Source: Promethearchaeota archaeon
GTDB taxonomy: Archaea > Asgardarchaeota > Lokiarchaeia > Sigyniarchaeales > SOKP01
Reading direction: 5' to 3'
Assembly (NCBI GenBank): GCA_016839555.1
Contig: JAEOUA010000006.1
Coordinates: 448,001-512,000 of the forward strand
Length of the DNA stretch: 64,000 bases
This document shows positions 50,414-60,702 of the stretch, in pieces (within the stretch, counting starts at the first letter, position 1; every line of letters starts with the position of its first letter). Under the pieces are notes generated by a model, which saw only the letters and a program-made list of their open reading frames with translations, was not told the origin of the DNA and did not search any database. The translations under genes were made by a program, and so were the position numbers.

Positions 50414-51110
50414 GTGATTAAAGTGGATTGTTCATGGAGTTATCATAAAAAGTGCGAAGTTCTTAATTCAAAAGATGAACGGATTTTCTTTTTTAAACAT
50501 GTAAGAGAATATTACTTTTCTGAGATATTAGGACTTCATTTAACTCATTACTTTTTTGATCCTGAATTATTTACTTCCTCATATCTCACAGAAATATATA
50601 TAAAAAAGGGAAAGTTAAAAACAAGTGAGGTTCCATACTTCTTTACTAGCTTTGTAAAGGGGAGAGAGATAGCGCACTATGATATAAATGAATATAAATT
50701 CCCTTTAGGGAGACAATTTTATTTACATGAAATTCTTTCTCTTTATGATGTATATGACCGCTATTTTATCGATAAGGACAAAAATTTATCGTAAGGATTG
50801 ATTTTGGTCGCTCATTTGAAAATACTCATAAAAAATATTTAGGATTTAATGATTATTTAGAAGATAAAGGAATAAATCTCTCTGATGAGGAATTACAGAG
50901 AGGGTATGCAAAGAGAAAGAGATCATTAAGAAGAACTTATAAGGGAAAAAAAATGAATTAGCTCAATTTGTGAGAAAAGTTAAAATGCTTAATATGGATA
51001 GTGAATTGATTTTTTTTCCCATAGAGAGGTTTGTGAATAGATTAATAGATCATTGGAGTAGGATCGGATTTTTAAATGATATGAATTTAACAAAAATCAA
51101 TTGGATATAA
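50414..51110 (+). pseudogene. Frameshifted HipA/PI3K-like kinase-fold gene
   Basis: The track ORF (FFFKHVREYYFSEILG...LSLYDVYDR) continues after a frameshift near 50780 as IVRIDFGRSFEN...; a second shift near 50912, an in-frame TAA at 50940, and the end LIDHWSRIGFL...WI* at 51110. Confidence 0.6.
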
Positions 51111-51120
51111 AAATATCAAA

Positions 51121-51696
51121 TTAATCAAAAGTAATTTCTTTGTAGAAGTCCTTAGAGTGATCGCAAATAGGACAAATTTCGGGAGGTTCTAAAAATTCAA
51201 CATTTCCACAAATTTGGCACACATAAATCTTTTGTTTTTTAACACTCTTCCCTTTTTTAAGTTTTTTAAGATATTTAGAGAAGAGATCAGCATGTACCCT
51301 TTCAGCATCTCGAGCTAAAGAGAAGGATAATTCTGGGATGTCTTTACCTTCAGAAGATGCGTTTTTCTCAAATTGTTTATACATTTTTTTTGTCTCATAT
51401 ATTTCACCTTCAATGGCATCTTGCAGATTTGAAATCGTATCTTTTACTATTTGTTTTAATTCTTCCTCATTTATAGTCACAATATCATTTATTTTTACTT
51501 CTGAACCTTGCAAGACTGATAATGCTCTCAAATGATTCTTTATATGTATACTTTCGGCAAATGAAACTGCTTTGAAGAGATGAGCGATTTCGGGATGATT
51601 TTTTTCTTTCGCTTTTTGAGCATACAGTTCATATTTGCGTTTTGCATTGCTCTCTCCATTTAATGCTTCCTTTAAATTTTCTATAACTAGTGACAT
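51121..51696 (-). CDS. rbr: Rubrerythrin
   Basis: GESNA, AESIH, EGEIYE, AERVH diiron motifs and CQICG...CPIC rubredoxin domain. Confidence 0.93.
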   Translation of the reverse strand: MSLVIENLKEALNGESNAKRKYELYAQKAKEKNHPEIAHLFKAVSFAESIHIKNHLRALSVLQGSEVKINDIVTINEEELKQIVKDTISNLQDAIEGEIYETKKMYKQFEKNASSEGKDIPELSFSLARDAERVHADLFSKYLKKLKKGKSVKKQKIYVCQICGNVEFLEPPEICPICDHSKDFYKEITFD

Positions 51697-51823
51697 ATCT
51701 TATTTTTCAAAAATTATTTTTCTTTTTTATCTTAATTTTTATTTTTTATAAATCTTAATAATTAGAAAAAGAAAATTGTAAAAATTTGGGGATAAAATCT
51801 TATAAACTAAAAAATCGTCCATT

Positions 51824-53959
51824 TCAGAGTTCTTTTTTAGTAAATTTAATATGACCTACTTTAGGGCTATATAAAGTGCCCTCTTCTAATAATTCATCAA
51901 TAGCATTTTTGATAAATTCTTTATCGAGATTTGCTTCTAAGTCAAGGATTTGAATTACGCTTTTTTTCTCAAGCATCTTCCATTTGTTTTCCTCGAAAAT
52001 TTCCTTAAGTCTTGTCATTAAGGTATCAAGTTTATTTAATTTACTACGAGATTCCCCAACAAATATTCTATCCATATCAATCTTACCGGTGCTTTCATCG
52101 TAACCTGTATCTTTCAAATAGCGTTTAAATAATTTAATAATTTCTTCCACATCTTCTTTTATTACTTTCTCTCTAAGAGCCATTTTGGCATATGCTTCGC
52201 TTAATCTCACTAATCCATCTAAATTTCTTGCCAATATTGAGATAATCGCATCTTCACTTTCATATTTTCCGCGCAACTCCAAATAAAAACCTTTAATACG
52301 TTCTTTAGCTTCATTTGTTAAAATAGGTTTACAATTTCTCTTTGCATATTTTATATATTTTTTTAATAATTCATGAGGGATAGGAGCTATTAATTTTTCC
52401 TGTTCATCTTGATTAATTTCGCTCTCAACATTCGACATCGCAGTCTGCAATATAAATTCTGCCATTTGTGCATCATCTGCTCTATTTGGTCTGTCAATAA
52501 CTACAAAGATCAAATCAAATCTCGATAATAAAGAAGGGGGTAATCTAATGTTCTGAGTGGGAGTTTTATAAATATCATATCTCCCAGAGTAGGGGTTTGC
52601 CGCTGCTATTATAGCAGTTTCCGCTTTGAGAGTTGCTACAATGCCTGCTTTGGCTATACTAATTGTTTGTTGTTCCATTGCTTCGTGCAGAGCAGATCTA
52701 TCAGCGGAATCCATCTTATCAAATTCATCAATCGCCGCAACTCCTCCATTAGCTAAGACCATTGCGCCTGCTTCAAGATTCATCTGACCGGTATCTGCAT
52801 CTTTAATAACTGCCGCAGTTAATCCCACAGCCGTGGAACCTTTACCTGACGTATATAATCCTCGTGGAGATTTTTCTACGGCATCCTTCAGAATTTCACT
52901 CTTTCCGGTCCCAGGATCCCCTACAAATAACACATGGATGTCTCCTCTTTTATATCCTCCTCCTGGTTTTCTTTTTTTAGTACCCCCAAATAAGCTTAAA
53001 GCGCAAGCTATTTTGAGATCATCTCTGCCATAAATCGTTGGGGCTATAGATCGTGCAATTTTTTTCTGAATCATAGGTTCTTTTGCCAGTTTTAATATTT
53101 CCTCTTTTTCTTCTTTGGTTATATCAATATCTTGGTCGCTCTTTTCTTCGGGATCAATATAATTAACTTCAATATACGTTTTAAAAAGCGTAGAATTTTG
53201 ATTTCGCATAGAAGTGGCGAGCACTGATTTAAAGATACCAATTACATTGACCCTATCTCCTGGTTTTACATAATCTACCAAATCATGCTTTAAGATAGCC
53301 TGAACAGATCGTGGCATTCTTCCGGGTGGTAAATCCTCCGGAATTTCTTGAATAGTAATACTTTGCCAATCAACAAATTCTGACATTTTAGTAATAAGGC
53401 GAAAATCAGATTTAGCTTTAGCCTTACAAGATTTATTAATACAAAAACGAGGCCATTTAATACTTGATGTTAATTGAATTATTTCAAATGTGGCCCCGCA
53501 CATTAGGCATTCGAAAGTTGCAATTTTCAATCGAGGCCTAACTGCAGAGCTCCTGATTGTTATCCCGTTTAACCATACTAACTTATCAATATTTTTTGCT
53601 CGTAGCCCCCTAATTGGTATTCCTAACGTACTTTTTTCATCTTTTGTTGAAACTCGTACAAAATAATTCTCGTAACTTAATTTTTTTCCAGAATAAAATT
53701 TAAGAACTTTTTTATAAGCTTCTACAGCGTCATCTAAATAAGATTCAGGATCCCTTCTCAATTTTTCTGCTATTTTTGGGTCAAACGCAAGTAGATCTTC
53801 ATATAATATGTGTAAGGTATTGCCTCCTTTCGCATCAATATCTTTAATTTGATCTTGATACTTAAATTCTCCTGGGGTATCCTCAAACAACCGATAAAAA
53901 TCCTCAAACCTCTGAACGGGATTAATAGGTGTTGTTGGAGATGAAACTGGTGTTGTCAT
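51824..53959 (-). CDS. mcm: MCM replicative helicase
   Basis: CLMC...CINKSC Zn finger, GDPGTGKS, IDEFDKM, EAMEQQTISIAKAG, SRFD, C-terminal winged helix. Confidence 0.97.
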   Translation of the reverse strand: MTTPVSSPTTPINPVQRFEDFYRLFEDTPGEFKYQDQIKDIDAKGGNTLHILYEDLLAFDPKIAEKLRRDPESYLDDAVEAYKKVLKFYSGKKLSYENYFVRVSTKDEKSTLGIPIRGLRAKNIDKLVWLNGITIRSSAVRPRLKIATFECLMCGATFEIIQLTSSIKWPRFCINKSCKAKAKSDFRLITKMSEFVDWQSITIQEIPEDLPPGRMPRSVQAILKHDLVDYVKPGDRVNVIGIFKSVLATSMRNQNSTLFKTYIEVNYIDPEEKSDQDIDITKEEKEEILKLAKEPMIQKKIARSIAPTIYGRDDLKIACALSLFGGTKKRKPGGGYKRGDIHVLFVGDPGTGKSEILKDAVEKSPRGLYTSGKGSTAVGLTAAVIKDADTGQMNLEAGAMVLANGGVAAIDEFDKMDSADRSALHEAMEQQTISIAKAGIVATLKAETAIIAAANPYSGRYDIYKTPTQNIRLPPSLLSRFDLIFVVIDRPNRADDAQMAEFILQTAMSNVESEINQDEQEKLIAPIPHELLKKYIKYAKRNCKPILTNEAKERIKGFYLELRGKYESEDAIISILARNLDGLVRLSEAYAKMALREKVIKEDVEEIIKLFKRYLKDTGYDESTGKIDMDRIFVGESRSKLNKLDTLMTRLKEIFEENKWKMLEKKSVIQILDLEANLDKEFIKNAIDELLEEGTLYSPKVGHIKFTKKEL

Positions 53960-54175
53960 AAAAAATCAATATTTTTTCAATTATATGTAAGAAATTATTT
54001 ACAATCCTATTTTAAATCTAATATTAAAAGGATAATTTATTAAACAGATAATAGGCTTTATATAAAAAATATGAGAGAGCAGAAATTTAGTGAATAATTA
54101 AAACTAACTAGATTAAGATTAGAACTGAAAATCAAAAATCAAAATAGTATTTTTCAACAAGATTAATAAAATAGC

Positions 54176-57100
54176 TTATAAGTAATTTTTAAGATTATGA
54201 AGAGCCTTACATACTATTTGGTCTTGGGACATCTTGCATCTTATTTCAAGTACTGAAATGATACGCTTTTTAATATCCTCCTCTTCATATTTAGCAACAC
54301 GGTCTAAAAGTTTGGCGATAGATTGTTGAAGCGCAATACTATATTCATCGCTAAGATATTTCAACAAATCCGAGAGTAAATTTTTCAGTCCTTTCGCCCT
54401 AATAATAGAAACCATACTGGCGATCATTTTATTTCTCACATTTTCAGAGGGATCTTCCAATAAGGAAATAATTTCATCAAAAATTGGTTCAATGGGTTCT
54501 TTATCATATTTTTGTAATAATTTTGCGGTTGCCTCTCTTACTTCATCACTTTTATGGTCTATATTCTCTTTAATTTTATCTATGGGTAAATCTGATATTT
54601 TAATTTCTTCGATTTCAGATAAAAGGTTTAAAACAGATCTTCTTACCCAAGGTTTCCTATCATCAAGCAGAGTTTTTAATTTTTCTATTATAAATGTTTT
54701 GTTTTTTATTTGGTGGATTATTTTACCTAAGCTTTCAACTGCTGCTTCTCTTACAATCCATTCTTCATCGGTTAGAGCTTTATTTAATAATGAATCCACT
54801 ATTTCTTTATAATTATCAATCTCCATTCCGATTTGTCCTAATATTTTTGTAGCGGTTTCCCTGATAAAGGGATCTTTCTCAGAGAATAGCCCAATAATAA
54901 CTTCTTTATTAATAAGATGTGGAGATTCTTGTACAATTTGAAATAAAGATTTTATTAAAGTAATTTTTACAGAAGTTTCTTGATCCTCAAAAAGAGCGGA
55001 TATCTCAGGAATAATGGGTTGAATTGCTTTTGGATTGATTTTTGCAACTTTAGTTAAAATTTTTGAACTTTGGTTTTTTATTATGGGGTCTGTAGATTGC
55101 TTTAAAACAGAAACAAAAGTTTCTAAATTAATATATTTAGGGAACTTTTCCACTATTTCTTCTAAAGCAGATAATGCATTTAATTGAGCTTCCTTTTTGT
55201 CAAAGCTTCTGAAATCATTTAATCTTGGGATAACATCCTCGGGATATTTTTCCGCGATATTTATTAATGTTCTTGAAATAATTCCTTTTAATAAATACTT
55301 AGAAGTATCAGGTATATTGATTAGCTTTTCAAAGATAATATCCGGATTTAACTCATATTTTCTTAAAATAATATTTGAGACTGTCTCTTTTACTTTATTA
55401 TTATCGAATTTTAAATATTCAAATAAAGTATTAAGAATTTTTTCTGGATCCTTATTCCAAAAGCTTCCCTTTTTATTCCAAAAATCTCCTAATAAATTTA
55501 AAATATCTATTAAATTATGTATCTTTTCATAATCAATCCTTTTAATAATCTGATCTACATCAATAATACTCGATTTTTCATCATAATATTTTCTTAATAC
55601 TGAGATTGAAGCTCTTCTTAGATCATCATTGGTATCTTCTAAAGCATTATAGAAGGGAATTAAAGGTAGAGAATATTTTTTCAAATTTTCAAGCTTAGAA
55701 AAAGTCTCAAATACAGATGTTCTGACTATATTCGAAGGATCTTTCATATGTGAAATTAGACTTTCTATTAATTTATTTTTCTGTTCAATATCTTGAATAT
55801 TTTTGAGGTTCTTGATGGCTGAAGCTCTTATATATTTATTACTATGATCTATTTTATCAATTAAAATCTCTGTTGGAATTGAATATGAAGATTCCCCTAG
55901 AATTTTCAGAGTTTGGACTTGTACATTAACATCAGGATCCTCTAACAGATTCTCAAAATTTAGATTTTTAATAAAATTTTTATCATATTTAAGCACTCTT
56001 GATAAGATTTTTAAGGAAATCAATCTTAATCTCCATTCAGAATCATTAGTTAATTTAATTAATATATTGTATGGAATTTTCCTTATTAGTTCTATTTTTG
56101 AGGCTAACAACGATCTACCTATTGAAAGATTTTTTTCATAATTAGGCGAACTTAAAGATTCAATAATCCACGATAATATCTTCTCGGGTATTTCTCTTTC
56201 CAGATGATTTAAAATTTTCAAACTAATCTTCCTCGCATTTTGATTTGGATCACTTAAACCATCTAATAAAGGATATTTGTATTTTATTTCATTGATATCA
56301 ACATCGATTTTAATGGGTATTCTTTCATACATATTAATTAAAGTTTGCTCAGCATGGTTCCTTAGTTGGGGATTATTACTTTTTATTAAATTAAATAATG
56401 GAATTGGGTCAAAAGATCGTCCGCATTCTTCAATTTTAGAATGCATGAAATTGATATTAAAAGTGCTTTTTCTTGCTAAAAAATAGTAAGAAGTAAAAAT
56501 AATTAATAATATTTCCTCTATTATCGCGGGAATTGCAAATAATAAAAAATTAGTAGAAATTGGCGCGGTTAATGACCATGAATTAAAGGTGGGTTTCAAT
56601 TTATTAATATTTACAATTAAAAAATTAACAAAAACATTAATCCCGACCGCAGCCATAAGATAGGCAGCAAAATTGATATCGATCGCTCTATACTGGATTT
56701 TTCTACCCCAAAATCGCGTGAAATACCCAATAACCCCAAAAAGAAGAGTTATAAATACCATTCCAGAATATGAATATGGCGAAATCGCCATCTCCCCTTT
56801 AAATAAAAAGATAAGAGTCTGAAACGAGGAGATCCATTGCCAGATAAATACAAATAACATCATACCAATAAGTATTCTTGAGATCGGGTCATTAAAGAAC
56901 TCTTTTGTGGCTCTTTGACTATCTTCTAATCCAACAAAAAGAGATCTATTCATATCAGGAATATGTAGATACGCATTAGATATTCCCGCTATATATCCTT
57001 TTGCTCCATAATAAGTTAAAATCATCAAAGGGTAGACTAAAAACCATATACACCACATTAATATAAGAGGTATCCCTGTCAATGAAAGTAAAAAAGGAGG

Positions 57101-57562
57101 AAATAAAAAAACTCCAAAATAGAATCCTAGTGCGATTAATACTGATAAAATTTTTGAATTATATCTATTGATGATTTTTTTCCCTAAAATTTTATGAAAG
57201 ATTGTTAAGCCCTCTTTTGATTCTGAACTTAATGCCAAATATAAGAAATCTATTAATGGATAAATTGTAATATAAATTAAGCATACCGTAAGGGGAATAA
57301 GTAAAGAAAAGGGATGTATCTCTTTAGGTGGTTCGACATTGCTAGCCTCCCATAAATCGGGAGATTTCACAGCAAAGATAAATGCCATTGCCATTACAAC
57401 CATCACGGCGAAAGAAAAAATCATTCCATAGAAGATACATTTTAAAATATCTATTATTGAAAATTCTCCTTTTTTAATTAATGCCACTTGCCTGTATATA
57501 ATATAAAACCCTATAATCCACACTATTATAAAAATAATGAATAATGAGAGTTCGGCAATCAA
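54176..57562 (-). CDS. Polytopic membrane protein fused to a long HEAT-repeat solenoid
   Basis: About 9 hydrophobic segments in the first ~365 aa, then repeats such as DPNQNARKIS, DSEWRLRLIS, DPSNIVRTS, DEEWIVREAAVESLG, DRKPWVRRS, DPSENVRN; TTG start with SD GTGAT. Confidence 0.8.
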   Translation of the reverse strand: MIAELSLFIIFIIVWIIGFYIIYRQVALIKKGEFSIIDILKCIFYGMIFSFAVMVVMAMAFIFAVKSPDLWEASNVEPPKEIHPFSLLIPLTVCLIYITIYPLIDFLYLALSSESKEGLTIFHKILGKKIINRYNSKILSVLIALGFYFGVFLFPPFLLSLTGIPLILMWCIWFLVYPLMILTYYGAKGYIAGISNAYLHIPDMNRSLFVGLEDSQRATKEFFNDPISRILIGMMLFVFIWQWISSFQTLIFLFKGEMAISPYSYSGMVFITLLFGVIGYFTRFWGRKIQYRAIDINFAAYLMAAVGINVFVNFLIVNINKLKPTFNSWSLTAPISTNFLLFAIPAIIEEILLIIFTSYYFLARKSTFNINFMHSKIEECGRSFDPIPLFNLIKSNNPQLRNHAEQTLINMYERIPIKIDVDINEIKYKYPLLDGLSDPNQNARKISLKILNHLEREIPEKILSWIIESLSSPNYEKNLSIGRSLLASKIELIRKIPYNILIKLTNDSEWRLRLISLKILSRVLKYDKNFIKNLNFENLLEDPDVNVQVQTLKILGESSYSIPTEILIDKIDHSNKYIRASAIKNLKNIQDIEQKNKLIESLISHMKDPSNIVRTSVFETFSKLENLKKYSLPLIPFYNALEDTNDDLRRASISVLRKYYDEKSSIIDVDQIIKRIDYEKIHNLIDILNLLGDFWNKKGSFWNKDPEKILNTLFEYLKFDNNKVKETVSNIILRKYELNPDIIFEKLINIPDTSKYLLKGIISRTLINIAEKYPEDVIPRLNDFRSFDKKEAQLNALSALEEIVEKFPKYINLETFVSVLKQSTDPIIKNQSSKILTKVAKINPKAIQPIIPEISALFEDQETSVKITLIKSLFQIVQESPHLINKEVIIGLFSEKDPFIRETATKILGQIGMEIDNYKEIVDSLLNKALTDEEWIVREAAVESLGKIIHQIKNKTFIIEKLKTLLDDRKPWVRRSVLNLLSEIEEIKISDLPIDKIKENIDHKSDEVREATAKLLQKYDKEPIEPIFDEIISLLEDPSENVRNKMIASMVSIIRAKGLKNLLSDLLKYLSDEYSIALQQSIAKLLDRVAKYEEEDIKKRIISVLEIRCKMSQDQIVCKALHNLKNYL

Positions 57563-57677
57563 ATATAATCACAGAAAATAATAATTCAATAATAATTAAA
57601 TAATTAAATCATTAAATAATTAAATCATTTAGAATATTAAATTTATTTTAATTATAAAAATCTATTGAGTTCAAGAT

Positions 57678-58235
57678 TTGAAATTAAGCAAAGATATAAG
57701 AGAAGATCTTAATAGAATTAATTTTTTATATAAAAATCAGACTATTTTAACGGAATGTTTACAAGATTATAAGGGTTTTTCAATACTAAATAAAAAATTT
57801 GGGCCTTTTATAAAAAGCAAGAATTATAGATTAAAGTACTTTTTAGCTCTTCCTTTTATCGCAAAAAATATCTTACAAATCGTTCCAGAGGAAAAGTGCG
57901 ATAATATGGATGTACAGAGATTTGCAATAAAAGAAAGAGACGATCATCAGTTAACAGAAGTAGAGAATCCACTTTTTTTAAATAAGATTAAACAATTTAA
58001 ATTCTTCATGGAAAAATCTATTGAACAAGCCAAAAAACCAAAACAAATGATGGATCTTTATAATTCTTATATGGCAAATATAGTAGATACTAGATTATTA
58101 AAACTATTAAGATTATCTCAAACAGAATTAACAGAGCTTACCGAAAAAAGGTTAACTACTTCTGAAAAAATATTATATAAAGAAATCTATAAAATTATAA
58201 ATTCTTGGCGAGAATTCTTTTTATCAAACGATTAA
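57678..58235 (+). CDS. gins23: GINS complex subunit, Gins23 (B-A domain order)
   Basis: N-terminal B-domain-like FGPF...LKYFLALPF, then helical ERDDHQLTEV..LF, IVDTRLLKLLRL, LTTSEKILY...WR; near mcm. Confidence 0.65.
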   Translation: MKLSKDIREDLNRINFLYKNQTILTECLQDYKGFSILNKKFGPFIKSKNYRLKYFLALPFIAKNILQIVPEEKCDNMDVQRFAIKERDDHQLTEVENPLFLNKIKQFKFFMEKSIEQAKKPKQMMDLYNSYMANIVDTRLLKLLRLSQTELTELTEKRLTTSEKILYKEIYKIINSWREFFLSND

Positions 58236-58242
58236 AGAGAAA

Positions 58243-58938
58243 TTATTCAAGTAAATTCAAGCGATTCACTCCATATTCTTCGAAATATTTTTCAACTTTT
58301 CTAGCAATCGATTTATCAATATTAAATTTTTCGTAAACTCTAGGTAACAGTTCTAGTGCATCACTCATCGCATAGTAGGAAATTTCTCTCTGGTTTAATA
58401 TTTCCTCAATGGTTTTTCCATCTGGTCTTAATTCATTCCTATTAGTCAAACTGATCGTTGCTTTTATTTTTATATTTAATTCTACGAGTTGATTTATTAG
58501 TTTTAATAATGATTCTCCTGTTGTTGTCACATCTTCAAGAATAATAATATTACCTTCTGGAATCCCAATATATACTTTATCCTTTGGATCTCCGTGTTTT
58601 TTTATTTTCCCACGCGCCATTGATAGTATATAATTTCTTGTTTCAAAGTCTTTTTGCCTTCTTGCCCATTTATATTGAGTTATAATTCCCAATTTTGTAG
58701 CCCCTTCGGCTACCCCAATAATGCAATCAAATTTTAATTTCAATTCTTCAACAAAGGATATTACATATTCCGTTAATTTATCTATAAGAAAAACATTAGA
58801 GGAAATATCGCGCCAATTTACATAAAAATAGGATAATCTTCCAGATTTTAATTTAATTGGTTCGTTAAAGAATCCAATCACATCATTATCTATAATAAAT
58901 TGATAAAAATCCTCTTTACACTTATAAGATAATGTCAT
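58243..58938 (-). CDS. pyrE: Orotate phosphoribosyltransferase
   Basis: LKSGRLSYFYVN, KKHG, PRPP-binding ILEDVTTTGES. Confidence 0.85.
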   Translation of the reverse strand: MTLSYKCKEDFYQFIIDNDVIGFFNEPIKLKSGRLSYFYVNWRDISSNVFLIDKLTEYVISFVEELKLKFDCIIGVAEGATKLGIITQYKWARRQKDFETRNYILSMARGKIKKHGDPKDKVYIGIPEGNIIILEDVTTTGESLLKLINQLVELNIKIKATISLTNRNELRPDGKTIEEILNQREISYYAMSDALELLPRVYEKFNIDKSIARKVEKYFEEYGVNRLNLLE

Positions 58939-58951
58939 CTTTCTTTATAAA

Positions 58952-59476
58952 TCACCTATTATCGCGAAATGTTAGGTATTCTTTTCTGACTTTTGCGTAT
59001 TCTTCTGCAGTAATTTTACCTTCTAAAAACAAGTCTTCTTTTTCTTTCATAATTTTTCTCCTTTTATTTAATTCTTTTCTCCTTTCTTCTTTTCTGAAAA
59101 GATCTAAAATATTATCAGCAAGCTCCTTTATCTCCTTATTTTTATTATTCATAAGATCTTCCAAATAGGGCTTAATAGGACGTGTCATATCCAGATTGTC
59201 ATTAGCTATTTTCTCTATTCTTTTTAAAGCCTCGATAATTTCTTCTTTATTTTCACCTTCTAATACTTCAATTAATCGAGGAATGGCCACTTCTTCCAGT
59301 ACTTCATCAAGATATTTACTAATTTCTTTTTCTACTTTCGTATCATTATAGCTTTCAAGCTTATTATTCCTAATATATTCAATAAAAATAAGTGGAAGTT
59401 CTACAGGCCAATCCATCATTTTGTTTTTATCTATTAATTGAACAATTGATCCGTCTTTTTTACGAAATAATCTCAT
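58952..59476 (-). CDS. Hypothetical helical protein (HEAT-like pair, SHOCT-like C-terminus)
   Basis: AIPRLIEVL...EALKRI; EGKITAEEYAKVRKE; SD AGGTGA; co-oriented with top6A/B. Confidence 0.6.
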   Translation of the reverse strand: MRLFRKKDGSIVQLIDKNKMMDWPVELPLIFIEYIRNNKLESYNDTKVEKEISKYLDEVLEEVAIPRLIEVLEGENKEEIIEALKRIEKIANDNLDMTRPIKPYLEDLMNNKNKEIKELADNILDLFRKEERRKELNKRRKIMKEKEDLFLEGKITAEEYAKVRKEYLTFRDNR

Positions 59477-59493
59477 TTAATCACCTTGTCTAA

Positions 59494-60681
59494 TTATATC
59501 CAATCTCCAGTTGTTAATTTCTCTGGGAGATATTTCTCAGTTAAAAATTCAAATCCATGAGAAGAAAGTGCTTGAATCTCTGCTTTTTTCTTATATTTTA
59601 GTGCTAATTTTAAATCTTTCTCCCATTCTGGATTATTTCTAATATATTCTTCTCTTAATAATTCTTCTGTTCTTTTAATATCGTTTTTTGTCATTGGTAT
59701 ACGGCAATCATCTGGAACCTTATATTTATCAAGATCCCTCGTTAATACCCCTAAAAGTTTAATATCAGGGGTCGCAAGGAAGGGAGATTCATAAGATAAT
59801 CTTTTAGAGCCCCGCATATATACTGAATGTATGTAATGTCCATAAGGGTCACTATCCACTAAACTAAAGACTGGTAATTTTAATTCATTTCTTAATCTTT
59901 TTAAGAACATTCGAACAGCTACGTTTCCTACACCTTGAGAAGTTAAAATAATACAAGGATATTGTCTCCAGAATCTAGATTCTGCTAATCTCATCATTGC
60001 AGCATCTTTTTCAACTACTAGGATAAATTCTGCATCAGATTCGATAATTTCGATGTCATCAAGCATTGGACTAATACCCCATCCCCCACTACCTAGCCCT
60101 TCTAGATCTATTATATCATTTCTGTCTCTAATACGTAATCTGCCAACACAAGAGCCTCTTGCAGAGGCAACCACATGAGTGGAATTTCTAGTAGTATATA
60201 GCATTGTAGATGCGTCTTCAATACTTTTATCACTATTCTTTTGGTCCTTAAATAATTTTACATCAGTATAAAAGATTTCACGCTTAGTTGCATGAATGTT
60301 TTTTTTTAATAATTCATTTATAATTTCCATAACACGCATTAATCTCGTGATGTCTGCTACGCTTGTTAATGAATGAAATTGCTTTTTTTGAATTTGTTTT
60401 CCAAGAAGAAGGAGGTCGGATTTATCGTCCCATATAATATTTGAATTCGATCTTGAAGGCAATTCAATAACCGGTTCGCCTGTTGCATATATTTCTTCAA
60501 TCATTTCATCTACTAAATCATATAAGCGTTCTAAAGCTTCTTTTCTTTTTAAATCATCGATTTTTATTGAGTCTTCTGGCAATTCTATTGCTAAAAATTT
60601 TTGTTCTTCTTTTAAAATTTCATTCATTAAATCTCTTGTTGCTTTTAGATCCCATTCTTTCGCTTTTTCTTTATTTGACAT
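59494..60681 (-). CDS. top6A: DNA topoisomerase VI subunit A (Spo11-like)
   Basis: TKREIFY catalytic Tyr, VVEKDA, DSDPYG TOPRIM motif, KKAEIQAL. Confidence 0.96.
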   Translation of the reverse strand: MSNKEKAKEWDLKATRDLMNEILKEEQKFLAIELPEDSIKIDDLKRKEALERLYDLVDEMIEEIYATGEPVIELPSRSNSNIIWDDKSDLLLLGKQIQKKQFHSLTSVADITRLMRVMEIINELLKKNIHATKREIFYTDVKLFKDQKNSDKSIEDASTMLYTTRNSTHVVASARGSCVGRLRIRDRNDIIDLEGLGSGGWGISPMLDDIEIIESDAEFILVVEKDAAMMRLAESRFWRQYPCIILTSQGVGNVAVRMFLKRLRNELKLPVFSLVDSDPYGHYIHSVYMRGSKRLSYESPFLATPDIKLLGVLTRDLDKYKVPDDCRIPMTKNDIKRTEELLREEYIRNNPEWEKDLKLALKYKKKAEIQALSSHGFEFLTEKYLPEKLTTGDWI

Positions 60682-60702
60682 CTATTACCACCTATTTTTA
60701 AT

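Noticed and set aside
50414-50794. Intact 126-aa hypothetical protein
   Set aside because: Coding-like sequence including a DFG motif continues in other frames to 51110, so it is better explained as a disrupted longer gene.
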